A stretch of 64,000 nt of DNA from an uncultured Acidobacterium sp. (GCA_964513235.1 CAZEMI010000017.1:13835-77834), one strand, 5' to 3'; positions 44,223 through 52,157 are shown, numbered from the stretch's first letter. Numbers and translations are program-made. Notes: generated by a model from the sequence alone, not told the origin.

Positions 44223-44897
44223 ATGGGTTGTCAGGTGCTGTTGGTTGAATCGGATTTGCAGACCTCGACCGCAATAGCAGCGGTCCTTGGAGAGGCAGGG
44301 CACGCCGTTACGGCGGTCTCGTCCTTTGAAGCTGCAACCGATTCCGCGTCAAAATCGCGTCCCGATCTGCTGATCGCCGGCGTACGGCTTGGGCGGTTCA
44401 ATGGACTGCACCTTGCCGCGCGCCTCCGGGCGGATCACCCCGCGCTGCCGATTATCATCCTCGGCCACGAAGGCGAAGTCGTGCTCGCGGCTGAAGCAAT
44501 TCAGCTTCAGGCGCGCTTCGTGCCTCGCGCGACGCTGCCAACCCGGCTCGTCGCTTTCGTCGATGACCTCGTTTCCGGCCGCGCGCCGCGCGACCTGGTC
44601 AGCACGCGCCGGTGGCAGCGGTGGCCGACCTCGCTACCCGTAAAAACCGCCCAAGGCATGGGATGGGCCGTGGACGTCGGCTACGGCGGGATGCGCGTCC
44701 AATCGTCCCTCCCCTTGAACAGCGAAACGGCGGCGGACGTCGACCTGCCGACGGTCGGCGTTCAGGTGCAGGGCCTGTTCCGCTGGTCCAAGCGTGCCGT
44801 CGACGAGAAATCGTGGTGGTCCGGCTTCGAGCTCGATTCCGATTCGATCGATACGCGACGCTGGCGCCGGATCGTCGACTCCTTGCCGCCTCAGTGA
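44223..44897 (+). CDS. Atypical receiver (no phospho-acceptor Asp) fused to a PilZ-like domain
   Basis: The REC-like N-terminus (VLLVESD...PDLLIAGVRLGRFNG...IIILG) has A/G where the acceptor Asp is expected. The C-terminus carries RRWQR (RxxxR) and DVGYGG (a D-x-S-x-x-G variant) with PilZ-like spacing. I chose the ATG at 44223. Confidence 0.65.
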   Translation: MGCQVLLVESDLQTSTAIAAVLGEAGHAVTAVSSFEAATDSASKSRPDLLIAGVRLGRFNGLHLAARLRADHPALPIIILGHEGEVVLAAEAIQLQARFVPRATLPTRLVAFVDDLVSGRAPRDLVSTRRWQRWPTSLPVKTAQGMGWAVDVGYGGMRVQSSLPLNSETAADVDLPTVGVQVQGLFRWSKRAVDEKSWWSGFELDSDSIDTRRWRRIVDSLPPQ

Positions 44898-44947
44898 GGC
44901 TCGGGCGGAAAGGCGTCTGCCCTCCCGCCGCGAGCCGCGTTCCCTTC

Positions 44948-47900
44948 CTATTTCTTCGGCTTGTCGTCCTTCGGCGCCTTGATGGTCCACTCGAAGTCGC
45001 ACGTGTCGGTTGCGTGGCCGTCACTCACCGTGACCACGGCCCGGTAGTGGCCCTTTCCAGTGGGAGTACCGAAAATCAGGCCCGCCGGATCAAACTCGAG
45101 GCCCGGCGGCAGGGTGACCACATGGAACTCCAGGCGATCGCCATCCTGATCGAACGCAGACAGCTTCAATTCGAGGTCCTGGCCCACTTTCGATTCCTGA
45201 TCGTTCAAGTGCTTGATACGCGGCGCATGATTCTTCGGCAGAATCGTCCATAGGAAGGTTTGCGAGACCTCCTCGCCTCTGAGGCGCATGGTGACGGTGA
45301 CCTCCTCGGGGCCCCGTTCGCCGCGCCGTGAGACGTGGCCTGAGATGACGCCGTCGTGCCGGCCAATGTGCAACCCGCGCGGCAGGTTCTCCGCGCGGAA
45401 CGTCGGCCGTTTGAAGTGCTTGTTCCCTGAACCGGGGGCGCTCCACTGCAACTCCAGTCGAACCTTCTCGCCCTCGGTGTTGCTCTGCGAATCGGGGTTG
45501 GTCAGCGAGATCTGCGACGGCGCCGCCGTCACGATCCACAGGAACGACGTCGTCGCCGAGTCCGTACCGTCCGACACGGTCACCTCGACGTTGACGTCGT
45601 CCGCCTGGGTCGGCGTACCCGCGATGGTGATGTTGTTGTTGCCCGGAGTCCACGTCAGTCCCTGGGGCAGACCCGTGACGGTGAAGGTCAGCGTATCGCC
45701 GTCCGGATCGCTCCCCGTGATCACCAGCGGCGCGATCGCCATGTCCTCCTGAGAGGTCTGCTGCGCAATCGGGTCGACCGACGGCGCGCCGTTCACCGCC
45801 ACTACCGACGCGATCACGAACGGGCTCAGTTCCATCACTCTCGCGCACACCTTCTGAGTCGCGAAGTCGTTCGGCAGCACGGTGCGATCGACAAACACTC
45901 CGCCCTCGCCGTGCAGAACTCGCAGCAGCGCGAACTGCGGCTCAGCCAGGCTCAGCGACGAGACATTGAAGCACAACACGATCGGACCACTGAACTTCGC
46001 GGTGGTCGTCACGTTGAACGCCGGCAGGCCGGCGATCGAGAACCCGGCCGGCACGCTTCCCGGATCTACTTGGGTGGGCGTCACCAGCGTGGTGCCCGGG
46101 TCAGTGATCGTATCGAACGTGATGTCCGCCTGCGGCGTGTCAACGGTCACGTCGTCACCCGGCGGCGTATTGTCGAACGGGAACGGGTCGTCGGCATCCG
46201 GCACGCCGTCGTTGTCGTCGTCGTCGTCGACGCAGTCTGCGTCGTCGTCATTGTCATTGTTCGGGAAGCCTTCGTTGTTCAGGCCGTCGAGATCGTTGTC
46301 GACCGCGTCGCACACCTCGGGCGTCGAGGCCGCATTCAGCGGATCCGACCCGGCTAGGCCCTCAGCGACGTCCGAGTGGCCATCGTTGTCGTCGTCGGTG
46401 TCGATGCAGTCGGCATCGTCGGTCCCATCCGTATTCGGGAAGCCTTCGTTGTTCAGGCCGTCGAGATCGTTGTCGATCGTGTCGCACACCTCGGGCGTCG
46501 AGGCCGCATTCAGCGGATCCGACCCGGCCGCGATCTCCGCTGCGTCGTCGAAGCTGTCGTTGTCGTCGTTATCGTCGCAGGCGTCGCCTTGCGCATCGGG
46601 GTCGTGGTTGGCCTGGTCGGGATTGGCGACCGCAGGGCAGTTGTCTGCGGCGTCGAAGACACCGTCGCCGTCGCCGTCGGCTTCTCCGCCGCCGGGCGCC
46701 GCGAGGTAAAAGTCGAGGGCCCAGCCGGCGCGGCACGCCAGGTCTGGACGGTCGTCGCCATTTCCCAGGTTGCCGCAGGCGGCAACGTCAATGCCGATGA
46801 ACTGAAAGAGGTAATCGTGCGCGTCCTCGGCGCCGGGCCAGCCCTCTTCGACACCAATCATCAGGTTCAGGCGCGCTTCGGGTCCATAGTAACCTGCGTA
46901 TGGGCGGTGATTGAAGGGATCGCCCTGCGTCGCGTCGCGGATCTGCTCGAGTGTCGTGAAGGGCGTGTTGTGCGCCCACCACGAATCCGGATCGTTCGGG
47001 TCGCCGGTGAACTCGGCCACCTGCAGCGTGAACGGCGCGCCCCACGGGATCTGGGATCCCACCGGGTAGACCTCTCCGTTTATTTGGCTGAAATCCAGAG
47101 TGTTCGTCAGCGTGGACGTGCGTGGATATGCCGGCGTGTTTCTGAACAGATCCAGCTGCAACTTCGCGATTACATCTCGATGTGCCAGCCCGCCCTCGAA
47201 GCCCTGTTTACTGGCGCGATCGATCGCCCAGGCCACATAGTTCATCTCCCACATCGCGACCATGCCCGGCTCGGGACGGAAGCCGATCCACGGAATCTTC
47301 AGTGGATTCGTTGCCGGCTGGTTGTGCACATAGTCATCGAGCCACTGGAGGTTCGCCGTCACCTTGTCGCGCAAGTAATTGCGCACGGGCGATGCATCGG
47401 GATAGTACGCGGCGGCGTCCACCAGGTTGCGCAGGGCCCACGCCACGCCACGCGTCTCGTTGTCGTTCCCGAGAATGCCGTCGGCGCCTCGCACTCCGTT
47501 CTCGGGCGATGTCTTCATCATTCCGTAGTTCGCCCAGAACGCCATTTCCTCGGCGTAGTACCGATCGCCCGTGAGCAGATACGGCACATAGGCGATCGAC
47601 GGCTGGTGTGCGTTGTCGGGGTTGAGGGGGCTCTGGCCAGATCCTGGAACCGGATTCTCGGTGCCCGTCCCCAGCGGCATCGGGGTGCCGCGAACAAAAT
47701 CAATACCGCAACATGACGCCAGGTTTTCCGCCCGATCGTCGAGCCAGAGCCACGGCCGCAAGTTGAGGGAGACTAGGTTTTCCGCACCGACGCCGGCGTG
47801 GGCAGACGTCCCGTCTTCAGGTTCGCGCACGTGAATGGGCCACGACCCCGACAGATCGCCATTGGCCAGCACGAACCTCTTTTGGTCGATGTCCTTATGA

Positions 47901-48793
47901 ACGAGGTAACGCGCGGCCCAATCGGGATACGGCGCCAGTTCCGGCCGACCCGAATGGGCCGGCATGTATCGGGTCAGTGCACCTTCTCTAAGGATGTCGA
48001 ACGTCGGCCCCATGTCGTTCACCACGGCGGCCACCAGCGGCAGATAGGGCGGCAAAGCCTTGGTCGTGTTCAGCGAGGCGATGTCGGGAGTGATGATGGC
48101 CGACATCGCTCCGGATGGTCCGATCGTCTTGGTATGCCGCCAACGCGTGAGGTAAAAGTGCTCGATGCCGAGCCGGGAAAACGACGGCTGAACGGGATTA
48201 TCCACCCAGATAGTGGCGTCATACGTCACCGTGCTCGCGCCAATTTGGTCGAGCATGTTCTCCACCGACACGTCGGCACGGCCGCTGCCGTCGTTGTAGC
48301 TGCGCACATCGAAATTGATGCGCAAGAACGGATGCGGGATCCCGCCGGCATTGGGCGCCACGACATGGCGCGTCTCCTGCACCAGCGGTCCCTTGAGCCA
48401 ATAGTCACCAGGCGCCGACGGGGCAACCGCGCTGTGAGGCGTGCCGTTGATCGACATGTCCACCGAAACGTTGCGAGGGATGGGCGTGAAATCGCCCAGC
48501 TCTGACGGCGCCGGGTAAATGGCGTAGTTGTTTTCGGCCGGGACCTGCACCGTGAGAATGGCAAACTTGATTGAACCGCCAGGCCAGCGGTTTTTGACGT
48601 CGGTCTGCGTGGTAAGCGATCCGACCTGAAGTCCATCGTAGGCCGAACCTTCTGGGACGGCTTGGCCGAACGTTGCCCAACCAGTACTCAAGTGGACCGT
48701 GCCTATGGGATCCGGCACCGCCGCAAACATGGCGCGGCTGACGAGAACCAACAACAGAAGTGCAACAACGCCGTAGTGAGCGCGACGGCTCAT
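44948..48793 (-). CDS. Large secreted multidomain protein: PcRGLX/YetA-like N-terminal region + TSP3-type Ca-binding repeats + Ig/cadherin-like (He_PIG-type) domains
   Basis: About 1281 aa from the ATG at 48793, with GGAGGA 8 nt upstream. A signal peptide (HYGVVALLLLVLVSRAMFAAV) leads into an N-terminal region (NRWPGGSIKFAIL) and a helical toroid-like region (AHQPSIAYVPYLLTGDRYYAEEMAFWANY). Asp-rich repeats follow (DNCPAVANPDQANHDPDAQGDACD, DNDLDGLNNEGFPN). C-terminal repeats include DGDTLTFTVTGLPQGLTW and DGDRLEFHVVTLPPGLEFD. Confidence 0.8.
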   Translation of the reverse strand: MSRRAHYGVVALLLLVLVSRAMFAAVPDPIGTVHLSTGWATFGQAVPEGSAYDGLQVGSLTTQTDVKNRWPGGSIKFAILTVQVPAENNYAIYPAPSELGDFTPIPRNVSVDMSINGTPHSAVAPSAPGDYWLKGPLVQETRHVVAPNAGGIPHPFLRINFDVRSYNDGSGRADVSVENMLDQIGASTVTYDATIWVDNPVQPSFSRLGIEHFYLTRWRHTKTIGPSGAMSAIITPDIASLNTTKALPPYLPLVAAVVNDMGPTFDILREGALTRYMPAHSGRPELAPYPDWAARYLVHKDIDQKRFVLANGDLSGSWPIHVREPEDGTSAHAGVGAENLVSLNLRPWLWLDDRAENLASCCGIDFVRGTPMPLGTGTENPVPGSGQSPLNPDNAHQPSIAYVPYLLTGDRYYAEEMAFWANYGMMKTSPENGVRGADGILGNDNETRGVAWALRNLVDAAAYYPDASPVRNYLRDKVTANLQWLDDYVHNQPATNPLKIPWIGFRPEPGMVAMWEMNYVAWAIDRASKQGFEGGLAHRDVIAKLQLDLFRNTPAYPRTSTLTNTLDFSQINGEVYPVGSQIPWGAPFTLQVAEFTGDPNDPDSWWAHNTPFTTLEQIRDATQGDPFNHRPYAGYYGPEARLNLMIGVEEGWPGAEDAHDYLFQFIGIDVAACGNLGNGDDRPDLACRAGWALDFYLAAPGGGEADGDGDGVFDAADNCPAVANPDQANHDPDAQGDACDDNDDNDSFDDAAEIAAGSDPLNAASTPEVCDTIDNDLDGLNNEGFPNTDGTDDADCIDTDDDNDGHSDVAEGLAGSDPLNAASTPEVCDAVDNDLDGLNNEGFPNNDNDDDADCVDDDDDNDGVPDADDPFPFDNTPPGDDVTVDTPQADITFDTITDPGTTLVTPTQVDPGSVPAGFSIAGLPAFNVTTTAKFSGPIVLCFNVSSLSLAEPQFALLRVLHGEGGVFVDRTVLPNDFATQKVCARVMELSPFVIASVVAVNGAPSVDPIAQQTSQEDMAIAPLVITGSDPDGDTLTFTVTGLPQGLTWTPGNNNITIAGTPTQADDVNVEVTVSDGTDSATTSFLWIVTAAPSQISLTNPDSQSNTEGEKVRLELQWSAPGSGNKHFKRPTFRAENLPRGLHIGRHDGVISGHVSRRGERGPEEVTVTMRLRGEEVSQTFLWTILPKNHAPRIKHLNDQESKVGQDLELKLSAFDQDGDRLEFHVVTLPPGLEFDPAGLIFGTPTGKGHYRAVVTVSDGHATDTCDFEWTIKAPKDDKPKK
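46261..46527. repeat. 93-bp near-identical direct duplication inside the giant gene (period 174 bp = 58 codons)
   Basis: 46261-46353 and 46435-46527 differ at 2 positions (GACCGCG versus GATCGTG). They encode AGSDPLNAASTPEVCDxxDNDLDGLNNEGFPN. Confidence 0.9.
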
Positions 48794-48833
48794 AAAACGA
48801 TCCTCCAAGGTTTGCGGTAGACGGCGGCGGCGT

Positions 48834-48849
48834 TGCAAAACACCTTCCG
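48834..48849 (-). promoter_or_regulatory. Weaker sigma-54 promoter candidate for the giant gene
   Basis: On the minus strand it reads CGGAAGGTGTTTTGCA. The GG/GC spacing is correct, the -12 element TTGCA is good and the -24 element is poor. The -12 C lies 42 nt upstream of the ATG at 48793. Confidence 0.3.
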
Positions 48850-48920
48850 TACATCGTTCAGGTAGGTTTCTGGGCCGGAACTAAGTGTCTTACGGGCGTT
48901 CGCCCGAGGAGGAGGGGTGG

Positions 48921-48946
48921 ATTTGGCAGACTTTTGTCTGCCAAAT
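48921..48946. promoter_or_regulatory. Perfect 11-4-11 palindrome, candidate enhancer (UAS) site
   Basis: ATTTGGCAGAC-TTTT-GTCTGCCAAAT. Further half-sites are GCAGACTT at 48995-49002 and GTCTGCC at 49075-49081. Confidence 0.5.
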
Positions 48947-49011
48947 GACTGCCGGAGGGGATCGCCGCTGCTCCGTTTCGGAACGCGATTGCGTGCAGAC
49001 TTCGAGCTCCA

Positions 49012-49025
49012 AATTGCGCGCAATT
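49012..49025. promoter_or_regulatory. Perfect 14-bp palindrome AATTGCGCGCAATT
   Basis: It is self-complementary and lies between the GCAGAC sites and the plus-strand sigma-54 promoter. It could be an operator or a bending-protein site; function is unknown. Confidence 0.35.
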
Positions 49026-49085
49026 CCAAGCGCTGCCGTAGATTACGGGTGAGTTCCTACCTGTTGCGCGGAAAGTCTGCCGCGA

Positions 49086-49101
49086 TGGCGACATCTTTGC
49101 T
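49086..49101 (+). promoter_or_regulatory. Sigma-54 (-24/-12) promoter candidate for the EBP-EPS operon
   Basis: TGGCGACATCTTTGCT matches TGGCACG-N4-TTGCW with exact spacing. The -12 C lies 76 nt upstream of the ATG at 49176. Confidence 0.6.
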
Positions 49102-49175
49102 TAAGGCGGAGCTGCGCCGCCGGGTCTCCGGCTGCCCCCCCAGTAATTGAAACTTTCGGAGACGGAGTCGATTCG

Positions 49176-50243
49176 ATGCGATTCGATGGAACCGCCCAAC
49201 TTTTGGGCGAGAGTGCGGTTATTCGTGAGCTGCGGGATGAAATAGGGCGCGTCGGCGGCACCGACGCGAAGATCCTCATCACCGGCGAAAGCGGCTCCGG
49301 TAAGGAAGTGGTCGCGCGACAGCTCTGGGCGAACAGTAAGCGCTCGAGCCGGCCGTTTGTCGCCGTCAACTGCGCGGGCCTGCCCGAAACCCTGCTCGAA
49401 TCCGAGCTATTCGGACATGTCCGCGGCAGCTTTACCGGTGCCTTCCGCGACAAGCCCGGCAAGTTGGAAATCGCCGACGAAGGCACCTGCTTCATGGATG
49501 AAATCGGGGAAATGACCCTGCGCATGCAGGGCCTGCTGCTCCGCTTCTTCGAGACCGGCGAAATTCAAAAGGTCGGCGCACACCGCTCGGGCAGCCGCCT
49601 GGACGTCCGCACCATCGCGGCGACCAACGCCAACCTGCCCGAAATGATTCAGAAGGGGCTTTTCAGAGAAGACCTCTTCTACCGCCTCAACGTGATTCAC
49701 CTGATTGTGCCGTCCCTACGCGAGCGGAAGGACGACCTGCCGGTGCTCATCGAGCATTTCGTGGCGCGGCTCTCGCAACCCGGCATCCACGCGGCGCGGG
49801 CGATCTCGCCGGCCGCCGTGGCTCTGCTGAAGGAATACCACTGGCCTGGCAACGTCCGCGAACTGCAGAACGTGATCGAGCGGATGCTCATCCGTTGCCG
49901 CACCGATGTGATCGGCGGCGACGACGTGCCACTCAAGATTCGCGAAAGCCAGCCGCTGACGCCGGCGCCGTTCCGTGAACGCCGGCGGACGATCGTGGAC
50001 GACCTCTATCAGCGGATGACCTCCGAACAGCATTCGTTCTGGACCACCGTGTATCCGCTATACATGCAGCGCGAGATCACCCGCACCAGCGTGCGCGACC
50101 TCGTGCGCCGCGGCTTACAGGACTCCAACGGCAGCTACAAGGTGGTCGCGCGCCTGTTCAACATGGAACAGAACGACTACAAGAAGTTCCTCAATTTCCT
50201 CCGCAAGCATCACTGCCAGCCGTCGTATCGGGAGTTCCGATGA
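49176..50243 (+). CDS. Sigma-54 enhancer-binding protein lacking any N-terminal sensory/receiver domain
   Basis: 355 aa. The AAA+ core begins within about 10 residues of the start ([39 protein letters not shown]). It has a GAFTGA variant (GSFTGA) and ESELFGH. The C-terminal HTH-like segment ([27 protein letters not shown]) diverges from the Fis type. A GGAG Shine-Dalgarno sequence lies 8 nt upstream. Confidence 0.88.
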   Translation: MRFDGTAQLLGESAVIRELRDEIGRVGGTDAKILITGESGSGKEVVARQLWANSKRSSRPFVAVNCAGLPETLLESELFGHVRGSFTGAFRDKPGKLEIADEGTCFMDEIGEMTLRMQGLLLRFFETGEIQKVGAHRSGSRLDVRTIAATNANLPEMIQKGLFREDLFYRLNVIHLIVPSLRERKDDLPVLIEHFVARLSQPGIHAARAISPAAVALLKEYHWPGNVRELQNVIERMLIRCRTDVIGGDDVPLKIRESQPLTPAPFRERRRTIVDDLYQRMTSEQHSFWTTVYPLYMQREITRTSVRDLVRRGLQDSNGSYKVVARLFNMEQNDYKKFLNFLRKHHCQPSYREFR

Positions 50244-50860
50244 TCAACCGTCTCATCGGCGCCGGTGTCGTGCTCGCGGTCGCCTCGACGGGTGCTCACG
50301 CCCAAGAGGCCCGCCAATCGGAGCATCCGGTGGTGGCGGCCGCCGGCGGCAGCGCTCCCGTGGCGCCTGGGCTGCCATCCGGCTACGTGATCGGCGCCGA
50401 CGATGTGCTGTCGATCGTGTATTGGCGTGAAAAAGAGATGTCGGCCGAGGTGACCGTGCGGCCCGACGGCAAAGTGGCGCTGCCGCTCATCAACGACCTG
50501 AGTGCGGCCGGCCTCACGCCGGAAGCCTTCCGCGACAAAGTGATCGAAGCGGCGCGCCGTTTCGTGGAAGACCCGAACCCGACGGTGATGGTCAAGGAGA
50601 TCAACAGCCGCCGCGTGTTCATCACCGGGCAAGTCGAGAAGCCGGGACCGTATCAGTTGAATCACTCGGTGACAGTGCTGCAACTGATCGCCATGGCCGG
50701 CGGCCTGAAGGAATTCGCGCGCGGCAAGAACATCACCGTGCTCCGGACCGAGGGTGGCCAGCAGGTGGTGCACCGCTTCAACTACCAGGACGCGTTGATC
50801 CGCAAGAATCTCCAGCTGAACATCGAGCTGAAGCCGGGCGACACGATTCTCGTCCCCTAA
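50240..50860 (+). CDS. Polysaccharide export protein (Wza/Poly_export + SLBB type)
   Basis: 206 aa with a signal peptide ([13 protein letters not shown]), [14 protein letters not shown]...[14 protein letters not shown] and a SLBB-like C-terminus. The ATGA overlaps the EBP stop. Confidence 0.85.
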   Translation: MINRLIGAGVVLAVASTGAHAQEARQSEHPVVAAAGGSAPVAPGLPSGYVIGADDVLSIVYWREKEMSAEVTVRPDGKVALPLINDLSAAGLTPEAFRDKVIEAARRFVEDPNPTVMVKEINSRRVFITGQVEKPGPYQLNHSVTVLQLIAMAGGLKEFARGKNITVLRTEGGQQVVHRFNYQDALIRKNLQLNIELKPGDTILVP

Positions 50861-50879
50861 CCGGATTGACGGTTTGGAC

Positions 50880-52157
50880 ATGCGCCCCCGCCTCCCTGTT
50901 CCGTTGCTGGCCCTTGTCGTCGCCCTGTCGGTGGCGGGTGCGAACGCGCAACAGGCTCGGAGACCGTTCAGAACCGAGTTCGGCCCAGGCGAGCGAGACG
51001 AGCAGCGCGCGGATCAGCTGGTGCTGACGGGCGGCACCTACGCCGGGGCCGACGACACGTCGCGATTGGCGGGGGCCGCGTTGCTCGATGAAACGCTGCA
51101 AAGCGGACGCATGCATCAAGGCGGCAACGTGTCGCTGCGGTATGTCCGGCGCCGCCCGAGACTCTCGCTGTCCGCGTCCGGCGGGTCGTCAGTGCGCTAT
51201 TACCATTCGCTGAATCGCATCGGCACGCAGCGCCACTCGGTGTCGGCCTCGGGCGAGTGGGTCGCCAGCCGCCAGCTGTCGTTTCAGTTCGGACAGGATG
51301 TCAGCTATTCCCCGTCGTACCACCTGTCGTTCGCCGCCGCACCGGACATCGGTGCCGAGGCGCCGGCCGATCCGGGATCGCTCGACTACGACCTGAGTAG
51401 GAGCAAGCAGTTCATGCTCGGGTCGTTCGCCAGCGCCAGGTACGTCCTGAGCCCGAGCCGTGAGATGACGGCCGGCTACGGCCTGAGCTACACGAACTAT
51501 CTGACCGCGCAACAGCCCGACTTCGGCATCCAGCAGGCCTCGTTTGGTTTCTCGCAGCGGCTGGCCACTGGCGTGGCCCTCAAGTTGGGGTACGGCGTTG
51601 GCACGGGCACGGGCACGGGCCTTGGCGAGGGTGTGCGCCAGATCATCGATGCGGGCGTGGCGTTCGATCGATCGATCTCGATCTCGCCGCGAACCATCGT
51701 CGGGTTCAACTCGGGCTCCGCGATCGTCAACACCGACGGCGGCCGCCAGGTGGAGCTGATTGGCAATCTGAATGTCCGCCGGCGGCTGAGCCCGCGCTGG
51801 ACGGCGTCGATCGCGTATCAACGCGGCCTCATGGCGATCGACGGCGTGCCGAATCCGCTCACGACCAACACCATGACCGCCGACGTGAGCGGGTTCCTCG
51901 GCATGACGACGAGCGTCACCATCCGGCCGGTCTATACGTGGGGGGCCGACGTGAACGACGCGACCCAATCTTTTCGCAACAGCACGAGCATGGCCCGCGT
52001 GCAGACGGCACTGGGACGCCACTTGGCGGCATTCGCCGAATACATCTACTACGACCATCGGTTCGGCGCCATCGTCGGGCTTCGCCCGTCGCTGGCGGTT
52101 GACACGCGCCGGCACGGATTGCGGACCGGCGTGACGTTATGGTCGCCGCTGCGCTAG
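50880..52157 (+). CDS. Putative outer-membrane beta-barrel protein of EPS loci
   Basis: Signal peptide MRPRLPVPLLALVVALSVAGANAQ, alternating beta-strand-like pattern and a C-terminal ...GLRTGVTLWSPLR. It resembles the uncharacterised barrel protein of PEP-CTERM-type loci (from memory). Confidence 0.6.
   Translation: MRPRLPVPLLALVVALSVAGANAQQARRPFRTEFGPGERDEQRADQLVLTGGTYAGADDTSRLAGAALLDETLQSGRMHQGGNVSLRYVRRRPRLSLSASGGSSVRYYHSLNRIGTQRHSVSASGEWVASRQLSFQFGQDVSYSPSYHLSFAAAPDIGAEAPADPGSLDYDLSRSKQFMLGSFASARYVLSPSREMTAGYGLSYTNYLTAQQPDFGIQQASFGFSQRLATGVALKLGYGVGTGTGTGLGEGVRQIIDAGVAFDRSISISPRTIVGFNSGSAIVNTDGGRQVELIGNLNVRRRLSPRWTASIAYQRGLMAIDGVPNPLTTNTMTADVSGFLGMTTSVTIRPVYTWGADVNDATQSFRNSTSMARVQTALGRHLAAFAEYIYYDHRFGAIVGLRPSLAVDTRRHGLRTGVTLWSPLR

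Noticed and set aside
46376-47716. 446-aa plus-strand ORF inside the giant gene, plus several 150-275-aa ORFs at 45288-46709
   Set aside because: They are antisense or alternate frames of the 1281-aa secreted protein. Their sequences are repetitive Val/Arg/Ser-rich mirror images of the Asp-rich repeats.
48794-48838. TTG at 48838 as the start of the giant gene (track start)
   Set aside because: The ATG at 48793 has a GGAGGA Shine-Dalgarno sequence 8 nt upstream and begins a proper signal peptide. The TTG overlaps the candidate -12 promoter element, and the extra 15 residues are Arg-rich.
1134-49189. Possibility that the many short tandem repeats represent CRISPR arrays or degenerate CRISPRs
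   Set aside because: The units are 7-16 nt and directly abutting, with no unique spacers of 25-40 nt. No cas genes are in the window.
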